Of a DNA stretch of 64,000 bases, positions 9,112 to 21,111 are shown in pieces; position 1 is the first letter of the stretch, and every line of letters starts with the position of its first letter. The translations under genes and the position numbers were made by a program. Source of the DNA: Candidatus Omnitrophota bacterium. Lineage in GTDB: Bacteria > Omnitrophota > Gorgyraeia > Zapsychrales > Zapsychraceae. The stretch lies in the NCBI GenBank assembly GCA_029261055.1, contig JAJDCA010000044.1, positions 77,867 through 141,866 on the forward strand. The letters are read 5' to 3'. The notes under the pieces are model-generated. The model was not told the DNA's origin. It made no database searches and was given only the letters and a program-made list of their open reading frames with translations.

Positions 9112-10470
9112 ATGTTGATTTCGAGTTTTCAAGACCATCCTTACCTTACACTCTCACTTTTAGCTGTTTTAATTAACATTCCCCTCGGGTACATTCGTGA
9201 AAACTGTCCAAGATTTTCGTTCAAATGGTTTTTTTGGATTCATGCGTCTATCCCGTTTATTGTGTATTTACGTATTGCTTTGGGGACAAGTAAGTTGTTT
9301 ATTCCGATGAGTATTTTTTTGGCAATCATTGGGCAGATGATTGGAAGTCGTTGGCGGCATAAGACAATGACTACGCAGGAATGGGACAAACTCAATCAGA
9401 TAGATTTAACCGTAAACGAACCTCGTAGGTTCGGAAATCCGAACCTACGAGGTTCGTTTACGGTTGTGCTTTTGAACATGGGGGGGCCGCGGACTAATGA
9501 AGATGTTCGGGATTTTCAGATTCAGTTGTTTTCTGATGCGCGGCTTATTCGGTTTCCGCTTTCGAAATTATTGCAGCCTTTATTTGCTCGTTTGCTATCA
9601 ACCCTCCGCAATCACAATGCCAAAGCCCGTTATCAACTTATCGGAGGTGGCAGCCCTATATTTAAATCAACGAAACAGCAGGCCCAGGCTTTGGACAAAG
9701 AATTAAAACAGCGAGGCATCAAGAACACCAACGTAACTTTTTCATTTAATTACAGTGAACCCTTGCCTGAAACAACTATTGAAGAGGTCAAGAAATCCGG
9801 AAAAGAATACATCTTACCTTTAAGCCTTTATCCGCATTATTCCGAAGCAACCACTGGTTCTAATATTCATTATTTAAAAAAGGCCGCACAAAAAATTTAT
9901 CCAGAAGTTCAATTTTTGCCTACGCCATCTTATTATTTACATGACGGCTACATTCAGGCTTTTGTGGATCGGATTCATGAACAAATTACACCGGAAGCAG
10001 GGGAGAACTTGGATGATTATTATTTGCTGTTCTCTGCACATAGCTTGCCGCTGTATTTTCTAAAAGAAGGCGATAAATATCCGTTTCAAATCGCGCAAAC
10101 TGTGGGACAAGTCGTTACAAAGCTCGGACGCAAAGATAATTGGAGCATTTCTTACCAGAGCGCTGTCGGGCCTTTGCAATGGGTTAAACCGTACACAGAA
10201 AATATGATCGCGGCCTTAGCAAAAAGAGGGGTCAAAAAACTTTTGATTGTGCCTATTTCATTTGTTACCGACCATATTGAAACATCCTGTGAAATTGACA
10301 TTGAATATCGCCATATGGCGGAAAATTTGGGAATACATGATTTTCGTATGTCCAAAGCCATTGAATGTCATGCCGGATTCATTAAGGCCCTAGCTGATTG
10401 TGTAGAAGACGTTGTCGCGCATGAAAAATCTTCCCAAAGAAAAGTTGAAAAAGAAAAGGTGATTTGCTAA
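9112..10470 (+). CDS. hemH: ferrochelatase with an extra N-terminal membrane domain
   Basis: VLLNMGGP, YQLIGGGSP, LYPHYS, FSAHSLP, YQSAVGP and SFVTDHIET; ~90-aa hydrophobic N-terminal extension. Confidence 0.9.
   Translation: MLISSFQDHPYLTLSLLAVLINIPLGYIRENCPRFSFKWFFWIHASIPFIVYLRIALGTSKLFIPMSIFLAIIGQMIGSRWRHKTMTTQEWDKLNQIDLTVNEPRRFGNPNLRGSFTVVLLNMGGPRTNEDVRDFQIQLFSDARLIRFPLSKLLQPLFARLLSTLRNHNAKARYQLIGGGSPIFKSTKQQAQALDKELKQRGIKNTNVTFSFNYSEPLPETTIEEVKKSGKEYILPLSLYPHYSEATTGSNIHYLKKAAQKIYPEVQFLPTPSYYLHDGYIQAFVDRIHEQITPEAGENLDDYYLLFSAHSLPLYFLKEGDKYPFQIAQTVGQVVTKLGRKDNWSISYQSAVGPLQWVKPYTENMIAALAKRGVKKLLIVPISFVTDHIETSCEIDIEYRHMAENLGIHDFRMSKAIECHAGFIKALADCVEDVVAHEKSSQRKVEKEKVIC
9408..9465. repeat. 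perfect 28-bp inverted repeat inside the hemH CDS
   Basis: AACCGTAAACGAACCTCGTAGGTTCGGA-AA-TCCGAACCTACGAGGTTCGTTTACGGTT. Confidence 0.95.
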
Positions 10471-10479
10471 AGTAACACC

Positions 10480-12174
10480 ATGCCAACACTATCCGAACAT
10501 GATGTTTTTATCTTTGTAGCGCAACTGGGCGTTATTCTTATTTCCGCAAAAATTTTCGGTGAAATTGCCCGAAAATTAGAACAACCCATTATTGTCGGCG
10601 AAGTGATTGCAGGAATCCTGCTTGGGCCGATGTTATTCGGAAAATTTCTTCCAACCTATTACAATTTCTTATTTCCAAATACCGGGGCGCATCAATATCT
10701 TTTACAAGGCATCTCCTGGTTATGTGTTTTATTTTTACTCATGATTACCGGTTTGGAGATTGACTTCAGAGCCTCGATTAAAGAAGGGAAGCAGTGCTTT
10801 TTGATTTCAATCTTTGGACTTGTAATATCCTTAGGTGGCGTATTTCTTGTCACGCCGCTTTTGCCGGATTATTTCTATCCTGATGGGGTCAATCGATTCC
10901 ATGTCAATATGCTCATCAGCATTGCTTTGTCTGTGGTGGCTATCCCAGTCATTGCTAAAATTCTTTTTGATCTCAAAATTTTACGTTCTGAAGTTGGTGT
11001 CAAAATTTTGACGTCAGGAGTTTTAAGTGATATATGGGGATGGACCATCCTTGCGATTGCTATTTCTCTCATAGCCAGCGGCACCATTACAGCCGCCGTC
11101 ATTTTAAAACCGCTGATTACCATGATTCTTTATTTAACGGTTACGTTGACGATTGGCCGTGTCATTATTGATAAAATGCTAGATCTTTTTGGGTACAAAG
11201 AATTAGACACCACGCTGGCCATATCCTTGTTATTTTCACTTATGTTATTAAACGGCGCCGTGGCACATCTTTTAGGAATACATGTTATTTTTGGCGCTTT
11301 TATTGCCGGGGTCATGGCCGGTGAATCCACTAAAATTTCAGAATACATTCGACAATGGACGCAGGAATTTATTTTTGCCGTGTTTGCGCCCATATTTTTT
11401 GTGCTTATCGGTATGCAACTTCAATTTACAAAAGGGGAGATCTGGCTGCCGATCCTTATTTTATTTATTGCATCTTCAATCTGTAAAATTGCCGGCATGT
11501 TTTTCGGAGGTGTCTTGGGAAAAATGGGCCGAAAAAATGCCTTTGCGGTTGCCTGTGGGTTAAATACCCAGGGGACAATGGGTATTATCGTTGCGCTTAT
11601 TGCCTATGACATGGGAATATTTAATGATCATTTATTTTCGACTATTGTTGTTATTTGTATTTTAACCTCCCTTTTTGTCGGTCCCCTTTTGAAATGGGCC
11701 ATCGCAAGAGTGAAAAGGCCTTTGGCTAAATTTTTTGATCAAGAGCATGTTTTCTTAAATGTAGAAGGCGATTCAAAAAAGAAAGTTATCGAAAATATCG
11801 CAAAATTAATGGCTGAACGAAAAATTATTGATAATGAAGAATACATCCAGAAAATGATTTGGGAACGGGAACGTGTCATGAGTACGGCGATTGGGGATGG
11901 CATTGCCGTTCCACATGCCCGTATTAAAAATTTAAAAGAACCTATTCTATGTTTTTTTCGGCTCAAAGATCCCGTAGACTTTGCCAGCCCGGATAATCTT
12001 CCGGTGCAGTTATTGTTTTTAGAATTAACCGATCGCAATGATGATGGTATGCAATTAAATCTTATTGCTCAAATTGCCCGATTTATTTCAGCGGCAGACA
12101 ATCGTCAGCGCCTGCTCGATTGTGAAAAAGAAGAAGACATCCATCACATCCTAAGTTTTGATGAAAAAGTCTGA
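10480..12174 (+). CDS. CPA2-type cation:proton antiporter fused to a C-terminal PTS EIIA (Ntr/Fru-type) domain
   Basis: PIIVGEVIAGILLGP, GLEID, FGAFIAG and many TM segments; C-terminal ERERVMSTAIGDGIAVPHAR. Confidence 0.9.
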   Translation: MPTLSEHDVFIFVAQLGVILISAKIFGEIARKLEQPIIVGEVIAGILLGPMLFGKFLPTYYNFLFPNTGAHQYLLQGISWLCVLFLLMITGLEIDFRASIKEGKQCFLISIFGLVISLGGVFLVTPLLPDYFYPDGVNRFHVNMLISIALSVVAIPVIAKILFDLKILRSEVGVKILTSGVLSDIWGWTILAIAISLIASGTITAAVILKPLITMILYLTVTLTIGRVIIDKMLDLFGYKELDTTLAISLLFSLMLLNGAVAHLLGIHVIFGAFIAGVMAGESTKISEYIRQWTQEFIFAVFAPIFFVLIGMQLQFTKGEIWLPILILFIASSICKIAGMFFGGVLGKMGRKNAFAVACGLNTQGTMGIIVALIAYDMGIFNDHLFSTIVVICILTSLFVGPLLKWAIARVKRPLAKFFDQEHVFLNVEGDSKKKVIENIAKLMAERKIIDNEEYIQKMIWERERVMSTAIGDGIAVPHARIKNLKEPILCFFRLKDPVDFASPDNLPVQLLFLELTDRNDDGMQLNLIAQIARFISAADNRQRLLDCEKEEDIHHILSFDEKV

Positions 12175-12361
12175 TCCTCAACCAACAATACCGGCCATCT
12201 CATTAGGCCTGAACATGGCAGGAGGGATGACTTTCTTTACACTCCTTGGATACTGGATGGGAAAAAAGTTTAATCACGAATATTGGCTTTTAGGTGGCAT
12301 ATTTTTAGGCCTCTTTTATTGCGGTTACGAAGTATGGAAATTAATTAGAAATAATGGATAA
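12161..12361 (+). CDS. AtpZ/AtpI-like ATP synthase accessory membrane protein
   Basis: Two TM helices; sits immediately before atpB and overlaps both neighbours. Confidence 0.75.
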   Translation: MKKSDPQPTIPAISLGLNMAGGMTFFTLLGYWMGKKFNHEYWLLGGIFLGLFYCGYEVWKLIRNNG

Positions 12362-13118
12362 TTCTTTTAACCTCGATCAATACATCAAACATCACGTCCT
12401 GGACAGCCAGGAATGGAAGCTCCCATTTTTGCCAACCATTCATCTCCCTGAATTTTTGAGTCTGCACGGTCTGATGCTCATGCTGTGCAGCTTTTTTTTA
12501 ATTATTATTTTTTGTGTGTTGTACGACAAGAAAAAACGCGTCCCCACAGGATTAACCAATGTCCTTGAAATATTCGTGCTCTTTATTCGTAACGAAATTT
12601 CCATCGCCAACCTTGGAGATAAAGATGGCCGAAAAATGGCGCCATTATTTTGTACATTTTTCTTTTTTATTCTAGGGCTTAATCTTATGGGAATGATCCC
12701 ATTATTTTCCACAGCCACGGCTAATATCAATGTCACCGGAGGACTTGCCTTAATCACGCTGAGTGTCATGATTTTTGGTGCTATTTTAAAGAATGGGCCC
12801 CATGGATTTTTTAAAGCATTAAAACCCTCTGGCGTTCCTGTCCCAGCATTGTTAATTATTGTCCCGGTTGAATTTCTTGGATTATTTATTAAAGCTATTG
12901 CGTTGACAATACGACTTTATGCCAATATGCTGTCAGGGCACATTGTCATTATTGCCATGTTAGGTACTGTTATCCTTATCGGAGCTGGTGCTTTACCAGC
13001 CGTTGGCCTTGCTGTATTTATCAGCTTATTAGAAATTTTAGTCGCTTTTTTACAAGCCTACATTTTTACATTATTGTCAGCCATGTTTATTGGGCAAATT
13101 CATCATCCAGATCATTAA
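12354..13118 (+). CDS. atpB: ATP synthase Fo subunit a
   Basis: TATANINVT, LTIRLYANMLSGH, LQAYIFTLLS. Confidence 0.97.
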   Translation: MDNSFNLDQYIKHHVLDSQEWKLPFLPTIHLPEFLSLHGLMLMLCSFFLIIIFCVLYDKKKRVPTGLTNVLEIFVLFIRNEISIANLGDKDGRKMAPLFCTFFFFILGLNLMGMIPLFSTATANINVTGGLALITLSVMIFGAILKNGPHGFFKALKPSGVPVPALLIIVPVEFLGLFIKAIALTIRLYANMLSGHIVIIAMLGTVILIGAGALPAVGLAVFISLLEILVAFLQAYIFTLLSAMFIGQIHHPDH

Positions 13119-13209
13119 AAATCTATGCCTTCTACTTTACACAAGAGAAATAAATAAGTATAATTTACAACCATTGTCAACATACTTTTAAAAGAAAGGA
13201 ATGAAACTC

Positions 13210-13437
13210 ATGAGTGAATTATTACCCGGATCATTAGCAACTATCGGTGCAGGTATTGTAACCGTTGGAGCCTCATATGGCATTGGAAAATTAGCTACTG
13301 CAGCCATGGATGGTATGGCGCGCCAACCCGAGGCAAGCCCAAAAATTCAAACCAGTATGATCATTGCCGCAGCGCTTATTGAAGGTGTAGCTTTATTGTG
13401 TGGTGTTGTTTGCCTTCTAGCCGTATTAAATTCGTAA
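13210..13437 (+). CDS. atpE: ATP synthase Fo subunit c (H+-type)
   Basis: ARQPE loop and AALIEG; AAAGGA RBS favours ATG13210. Confidence 0.96.
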   Translation: MSELLPGSLATIGAGIVTVGASYGIGKLATAAMDGMARQPEASPKIQTSMIIAAALIEGVALLCGVVCLLAVLNS

Positions 13438-13439
13438 TT

Positions 13440-13982
13440 ATGAAAAATAACAACGATTCCATTCATACTTCGGAAGAACAGCCGTCGACGCATCATGAAA
13501 AACCTTTTATAAGCCCTGATGTGGGCATGATGCTGCTAACATGGGTTACGTTTTTTCTCCTTTTTGCTGTTTTACAAAAGTTTGCATGGAAACCGATTTT
13601 AGCCTTATTAGACTCGCGAGAAAAAGATCTTCGTCAGTCTTTGGAGAATGCCGATAAGGTCCAAAAAGAATTGTCGGAGCTTGATGAAACGCGTAAAGAA
13701 ATCATTGCCAAGGCAGAGTCTAAAGGGCAAACGCTTCTTGATCAATCGCGTAAGGCCGCTGTAGAAGCCGCCAAAATCATTGAACGTAAAGCACGTGAAG
13801 AGAGTCAAATTATGTTGGAAAATACTTTGCGAGAAATTAAAGACGAAAAAGAAAAAGCGCAATCTAGTCTACGAACCGAAAGCGCCCAAATTGCTATTGC
13901 ATTAGCCGGGAAGTTAATCGAGAAAAATTTAGACGACAAAAAGAATCGTGACTTGGTTGACCAATTTATTCAGGAAATTTAG
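13440..13982 (+). CDS. atpF: ATP synthase Fo subunit b
   Basis: One TM helix, KFAWKPI...LDSRE and a long coiled coil. Confidence 0.95.
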   Translation: MKNNNDSIHTSEEQPSTHHEKPFISPDVGMMLLTWVTFFLLFAVLQKFAWKPILALLDSREKDLRQSLENADKVQKELSELDETRKEIIAKAESKGQTLLDQSRKAAVEAAKIIERKAREESQIMLENTLREIKDEKEKAQSSLRTESAQIAIALAGKLIEKNLDDKKNRDLVDQFIQEI

Positions 13983-14007
13983 ATTAGGCCGCCCTCGGCG
14001 GCAACTT

Positions 14008-14060
14008 ATGTGTCGCACGTCTCTCGTAAAAAAAACGAGTCACGCGCAACGAGTCACATT
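14008..14060. repeat. heptamer-periodic imperfect palindrome (CGAGTCA-type)
   Basis: TGTCGCACGTCTCTCG-TA8-CGAGTCACGCGCAACGAGTCAC in the atpF-atpH spacer. Confidence 0.55.
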
Positions 14061-14081
14061 AAAATCCTTTGACACAAAACT

Positions 14082-14618
14082 ATGATCAATACAACCTCAC
14101 GAAGATATGCCCAGGCATTCTTTGATAGATGTCAGGACCGTAACGAACTGGAACTGGTTCATGAAGACATACTCAAAATTGCTACGTTCATTAAAAGCTC
14201 CAATGAATTGCAAAATTTTCTCAGCAATGAAGGTATCCCTTCGAAAACACGCCAAGAAATACTCAAAAATGTGTTTCGTGAAAAATTAAAACCTTTGAGC
14301 TTTGTATTTTTATTATTTTTGGAAAAGAAGGGACGACTCAATTTGATTTCCCATATTTGTATTATTTTTCAAGAGTTGTACCTGCATGCAAAAAATATTC
14401 TGCATGTCAAAATTACAAGCAGCATCGAACTCAAAAATACACAAATAACCAAAATCATGGCTCAGTTAAAACACAAATTTAAAAAAGATATTAAACCAGA
14501 ACCTTGCGTTGATCCGAAAATATTGGGCGGTATTAAAATCAAGGTCGGTGATACCATTTACGATTACAGCTTTCAAGGAGAACTCGAACGATTTCGAGAA
14601 AAACTAGTACATTCTTAA
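14082..14618 (+). CDS. atpH: ATP synthase F1 subunit delta
   Basis: RRYAQAF; DPKILGGIKIKVGDTIYD. Confidence 0.95.
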   Translation: MINTTSRRYAQAFFDRCQDRNELELVHEDILKIATFIKSSNELQNFLSNEGIPSKTRQEILKNVFREKLKPLSFVFLLFLEKKGRLNLISHICIIFQELYLHAKNILHVKITSSIELKNTQITKIMAQLKHKFKKDIKPEPCVDPKILGGIKIKVGDTIYDYSFQGELERFREKLVHS

Positions 14619-14630
14619 AAGGACAATCCT

Positions 14631-16142
14631 ATGGCCGAGACGATCAAACCAGATGAAATATCTACAATTTTAAAACAACAATTAGCGGATTTTGAAAAAC
14701 GATCCGAGGTGTATGAAACCGGCACTGTTTTAAATGCCGGGGATGGGATCGCCCGTGTCCACGGATTAGTCAATGTCATGGCGGGTGAACTCGTTGAGTT
14801 TTCCGATGGCATTATGGGCATGGCTCTGAATTTGGAAGCAGAGAATGTTGGGGTGGCCGTGTTTGGCGATATTGCAAAGATTAAAGAAGGGGATGAAGTT
14901 AAGCGGACTAAACGGATCGTTTCGGTCCCTGTCGGTGAGAAGCTGATTAGCCGCATTGTCGATGCCCTTGGGGTTGCCATTGACGGTAATGCCCCCATTG
15001 ATACCGAAGAACATCGTGAAATCGAAGTCAAAGCCCCTGGCATTATTGAACGTCAAAATGTTCATGAACCTTTACAAACAGGGATTAAAGTCATTGATGC
15101 TTTAACACCGATCGGACGCGGACAACGCGAGTTAATTATTGGAGATCGTAAAACAGGAAAAACGGCTTTAGCCATTGATACGATTATTAATCAAAGAGGC
15201 AAAGATGTCTTTTGTTTTTACGTGGCTATTGGTCAAAAACGCTCAACAGTGGCGCAAGTCCATGAAACCTTAAAAAAATACGGTGCCATGGAATACACCA
15301 CGATTATTGCCGCAACCGCTTCAGACCCGGCCCCAATGCAATTTTTAGCCCCGTATGCTGGATGCGCCATGGCGGAATATTACCGTGACAGTGGCCGCCA
15401 TGCCTTAATTATTTTTGATGACCTTACGAAACAAGCCCAAGCGTATCGCCAATTATCTCTGCTATTACGCCGTCCTCCAGGCCGTGAGGCTTTTCCTGGA
15501 GATATTTTTTATTTGCATAGCCGGCTTTTGGAACGGGCTGCCAAAATGAATGATAAACTGGGGGGAGGAAGTTTGACGGCCTTGCCTATTATTGAAACAC
15601 AAGCCGGAGATGTTTCTGCCTACATTCCAACAAATGTTATTTCCATTACAGATGGCCAAATATTTTTAGAATCTGATTTGTTTAATTCCGGACAACGTCC
15701 TGCGATTAATCCCGGCCTTTCGGTTTCCCGCGTAGGGGGTGATGCACAAATAAAAGCCATGAAACAAACATCCGGGACCTTACGTTTGGATTTAGCTCAG
15801 TACCGTGAGCTCGAGGCCTTTTCGCAATTTGCCTCTGATCTTGATGAAGCCACACGAAAACAATTGGAACGGGGTAAACGTCTGATGCAAGTGATCAAAC
15901 AAGGTGTACACGAACCGCTTCCCGTCGAAAAACAAATTGCCATTATTTATGCCGGTATCCATGGTTATTTAGATGATGTTGATGTCGCACGCATTGGCGC
16001 ATTTGAAGAAAAATTATTTGAAGCTTTAGATTCACTGTATGTTGATTTTGTTAAACTTCTAAACAAAGAAAAATCCTTCACAGATGATGTAAAAACGGCA
16101 TTGAATAAATTGTTAACCGAATTTAAAGGAAAGTTTTCCTAA
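14631..16142 (+). CDS. atpA: ATP synthase F1 subunit alpha
   Basis: [30 protein letters not shown]. Confidence 0.99.
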   Translation: MAETIKPDEISTILKQQLADFEKRSEVYETGTVLNAGDGIARVHGLVNVMAGELVEFSDGIMGMALNLEAENVGVAVFGDIAKIKEGDEVKRTKRIVSVPVGEKLISRIVDALGVAIDGNAPIDTEEHREIEVKAPGIIERQNVHEPLQTGIKVIDALTPIGRGQRELIIGDRKTGKTALAIDTIINQRGKDVFCFYVAIGQKRSTVAQVHETLKKYGAMEYTTIIAATASDPAPMQFLAPYAGCAMAEYYRDSGRHALIIFDDLTKQAQAYRQLSLLLRRPPGREAFPGDIFYLHSRLLERAAKMNDKLGGGSLTALPIIETQAGDVSAYIPTNVISITDGQIFLESDLFNSGQRPAINPGLSVSRVGGDAQIKAMKQTSGTLRLDLAQYRELEAFSQFASDLDEATRKQLERGKRLMQVIKQGVHEPLPVEKQIAIIYAGIHGYLDDVDVARIGAFEEKLFEALDSLYVDFVKLLNKEKSFTDDVKTALNKLLTEFKGKFS

Positions 16143-16144
16143 TT

Positions 16145-17014
16145 ATGCCCTCGATTAAAGAGCACGACACAAAAATTAAAAGTCTTAAAAATACGCAAAA
16201 AATTACAAAGACTATGAAGATGGTAGCTGCGAGTAAACTACGCAGAGCGCATGAAGCCCAGACCAATGCCAAATTGTATGCGAACAATCTTACCGCACTG
16301 ATTTCCCGCATATCGGCTTCCGTCCAGGCGGATATGCATCCTTTATTGGTCGCCAGGGAGCAGGTGAAGCGTGTTTTAGTTCTCGTGGTTACCTCAGACA
16401 AAGGCCTGTGTGGGGCGTTTAATCACAATGCTAACAAACATGTCGAGGCCTGGGTCGAAAAGCAAGGTCACCGTTTTGAACAAATTGATTTGAGTTTTTG
16501 TGGTAAAAAAGGATGGACCTATTTTAAAAATCGACATAATGTGAATAAATATTATGAAGGGGTGACTGAGAATCCAAAATTTCTGGATGCCAAAACAATA
16601 GGAACTGATTTAACTCAGGCTTTTCTTAACGGGGAATATGATGAGGTGTACATTGACTACAATCAATTCTTTAGCCCGCTTTCTCAAGAAACAATTTTTG
16701 AAAAAATTTTACCGCTCGATCCTCAAAGATTGATCAAAGAAAAAGTAGAAAAACCAACCGAATACATTTTTGAACCGGAAGCTGCGAAACTTTTGGAATT
16801 CCTTATTCCACATTTTCTCTATTTTAAAATTTATTTTGCACTATTAGAAAATGCCGCTGGAGAACATGGGGCACGCATGACGGCCATGGATAATGCCACC
16901 CGTAATGCTTCAGATCTTATCAACCGAACCACATTATTACGTAACCGCGCCCGACAGGCCTCTATTACAACTGAACTGACGGAAATTGTGGCAGGAGCAG
17001 AGGCCTTAACATGA
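16145..17014 (+). CDS. atpG: ATP synthase F1 subunit gamma
   Basis: KITKTMKMVAASK, SDKGLCG, ARMTAMDNA, RQASITTE. Confidence 0.98.
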   Translation: MPSIKEHDTKIKSLKNTQKITKTMKMVAASKLRRAHEAQTNAKLYANNLTALISRISASVQADMHPLLVAREQVKRVLVLVVTSDKGLCGAFNHNANKHVEAWVEKQGHRFEQIDLSFCGKKGWTYFKNRHNVNKYYEGVTENPKFLDAKTIGTDLTQAFLNGEYDEVYIDYNQFFSPLSQETIFEKILPLDPQRLIKEKVEKPTEYIFEPEAAKLLEFLIPHFLYFKIYFALLENAAGEHGARMTAMDNATRNASDLINRTTLLRNRARQASITTELTEIVAGAEALT

Positions 17015-17324
17015 GCGAACAAGATCGCCTAATTGCCCAAGAGTTAAAAATAAAAATATCACAATTTGTAAAATTTGTAGATTTTAGAGTTTTTGGTTCC
17101 CGTGCAAAGGGAAACAATGTCCCGGAATCCGATATGGATGTATTTATGGAAGTGGAATCTCTAAACAAAGAAATAAAAAATAAAATTTATGATGCCTCTT
17201 GGGAAGTAGGTTTTGAAAACTTTATGGTTATTTCACCTCTAATTTTTACTTTCGACGAAGTGACAAATTCTCCTTTGCGAGCGTCCCCGATCTTAAAAAA
17301 TATTCTTTCAGAGGGAATTCAAAT

Positions 17325-17328
<4 letters not shown>
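17011..17328 (+). CDS. minimal nucleotidyltransferase (MNT) antitoxin-like protein
   Basis: VFGSRAKG...SDMD (GS-x10-DxD). Confidence 0.88.
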
Positions 17329-19130
<1,802 letters not shown>

Positions 19131-19131
<1 letters not shown>

Positions 19132-19391
19132 TGGGTACGTACACACTGACCATCATAACGCCCAACGGCAAAATATTTGAGGACCCTATTGAATCGCTCA
19201 TGGCACCGGGCACGGAAGGTTCTTTTGGCATTTTCGCTAATCATGCACCGCTGATAGCCTCTGTTAAAGATGGCCTGTTAACCGTCAAACACGAAGGCTC
19301 CCGTGAACAATTCACCATTGGCCCCGGCACATTGGAAGTTGATGATCAACACAATGTCCTTCTCCTATGTGATAGAGCTACACCATCATGA
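19131..19391 (+). CDS. atpC: ATP synthase F1 subunit epsilon, short form
   Basis: IITPNG...PGTEGSFGIFANHAPL; 86 aa, beta-sandwich only. Confidence 0.92.
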
Positions 19392-21097
19392 AATTTCTTA
19401 AACCCATCCTCATAGGTTTGCTTGTTGTTATTATCCTTTTGTTTGTTGGCGTCGCTATCTTCATTAAAACACTTGATGTCGATAAAATAAAAAATGACAT
19501 AGCCAAAAAAATCAGTGATAGCATAGGGCGTGAAGTTGCCATAGAAAAACTTTCTTTTCATTTTGATGCCCCACGAAATCTTACGCTTAAAATACGCAAT
19601 CTATCCATTTACGAAAGTGCTGAATTAAAATCTGCTCCGCTTGCCGTCATTGAATCTATTGATAGCACCTTGGATTTAGGTACTTTTATGAAAAAGCGTC
19701 AAATCCTTATTTCCAACATTGACATAAAATCTCCACGGATTGATGTGGTTAAAAATGGTGTTGTGCCGTTTACCGGCAAAGAAATTTCGGACATAAAAGA
19801 TTTATCCGCCACTCAGCTAAGATTACAAATCCCTAATTTCTCATTAAATCAATCTGTCCCATTTAAGCTAGATTTTGCCCTTCTAAGCGAAAAACAAAAC
19901 ATTCATTTAAAAGGAGTTGTAACAACTTTTGAAGAAAAAGAAACCGTACGCCTCGATGAATTCCACATAACAACCAATTTATCTGAATTAAGTTTAAATG
20001 ATCTTAAAAATTCAATGCCCTCATTAAATGACATCCCATTAACAGAGTCGCTCCAGGGACATTTTGAAATAATCATTGAACAAATGGTGGTCGGCCATGA
20101 AGGAATTCTGCTTTTGTCCGCCCATGGTAACTTAAGGGAGGGGCGCGTGGCTATTGATTATTTAACGAACCCCCTTGAACAAGTGCAAATGCATTTCACG
20201 ATTTCAGAATCAGATATTAATATTAACACCTTTGACCTTTCTCTTGGACAAGGGACAATGTCCGGTAAAGCGCGTATTCAGGATTATTCTGGGGAACAAA
20301 AAATTTCAGTCAATATGGACATTAAGGAAATTCCGGCTGAGATGATTAAAATACCAGACGTCGACATGACTATTTACGGAAAAATATCCGGACAAATGTC
20401 AGGGCAAGGAAAAGGACTGTCTGAATCAATGTTGACAGAAACATTTAAGGGGGACGGCATTATTTCTATGCAAGATGGTCGCATAGCCGATGTGAATATT
20501 TTAAAAACAGTTCTCAGTAAAATTACGTTTGTCCCTGGGCTCGCTGAAAAAGTCGAAAACAATTTGCCGGAAAAATACAAACAAAAATTAAAAAATAACG
20601 ACACTATTCTCGAAGAGGTCCAATTAAAAATTGAAATACAAAATGGCCTGATGACTTACCAGCCGTTAACGATCAATGCTGACGGTTTTATTCTTACATC
20701 AAACGGCTCGGTAGACAAAGAATCTAATTTGAAATTCAATGGCCATATGGTGATCCCCGAAGATTTATCTTCCAGCATGATTGAAACTGTTGAAGAATTA
20801 TTGCCTCTTTCTGATTCAAATAATCAAATACGGATTCCGTTTCGTTCTTACCAGGGGAAAATAAAAGATTTTGTTCCTTATCCGGATATTGAAGATGTCG
20901 CCAAAGAAGCCCTTAAAAATAGAGGGAAGGATGAACTTAAAGACTTAATTTTCAAAGCACTTGATATTGAAGAAGAAAAAATTGAAACACAAAATGGTGA
21001 GGATCCCTCGGCGGATTCTCAAGAACAACAAGAGGAACGTCCCGAGCAAATCCTCATCGAGAATGTTCTGGATTCCCTATTTAAAAAACTAGACTAA
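19388..21097 (+). CDS. AsmA-like envelope protein
   Basis: N-terminal anchor, IGREVAI motif, long beta-rich body and a GxIxxxDG segment near the C-terminus. Confidence 0.7.
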   Translation: MKFLKPILIGLLVVIILLFVGVAIFIKTLDVDKIKNDIAKKISDSIGREVAIEKLSFHFDAPRNLTLKIRNLSIYESAELKSAPLAVIESIDSTLDLGTFMKKRQILISNIDIKSPRIDVVKNGVVPFTGKEISDIKDLSATQLRLQIPNFSLNQSVPFKLDFALLSEKQNIHLKGVVTTFEEKETVRLDEFHITTNLSELSLNDLKNSMPSLNDIPLTESLQGHFEIIIEQMVVGHEGILLLSAHGNLREGRVAIDYLTNPLEQVQMHFTISESDININTFDLSLGQGTMSGKARIQDYSGEQKISVNMDIKEIPAEMIKIPDVDMTIYGKISGQMSGQGKGLSESMLTETFKGDGIISMQDGRIADVNILKTVLSKITFVPGLAEKVENNLPEKYKQKLKNNDTILEEVQLKIEIQNGLMTYQPLTINADGFILTSNGSVDKESNLKFNGHMVIPEDLSSSMIETVEELLPLSDSNNQIRIPFRSYQGKIKDFVPYPDIEDVAKEALKNRGKDELKDLIFKALDIEEEKIETQNGEDPSADSQEQQEERPEQILIENVLDSLFKKLD

Positions 21098-21111
21098 GAG
21101 AGCCATTCCTA

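Noticed and set aside
13210-13437. Na+-translocating or N-type ATPase
   Set aside because: The c subunit has IEG without the Na+ ES/T signature, and gene order is the standard F-type.
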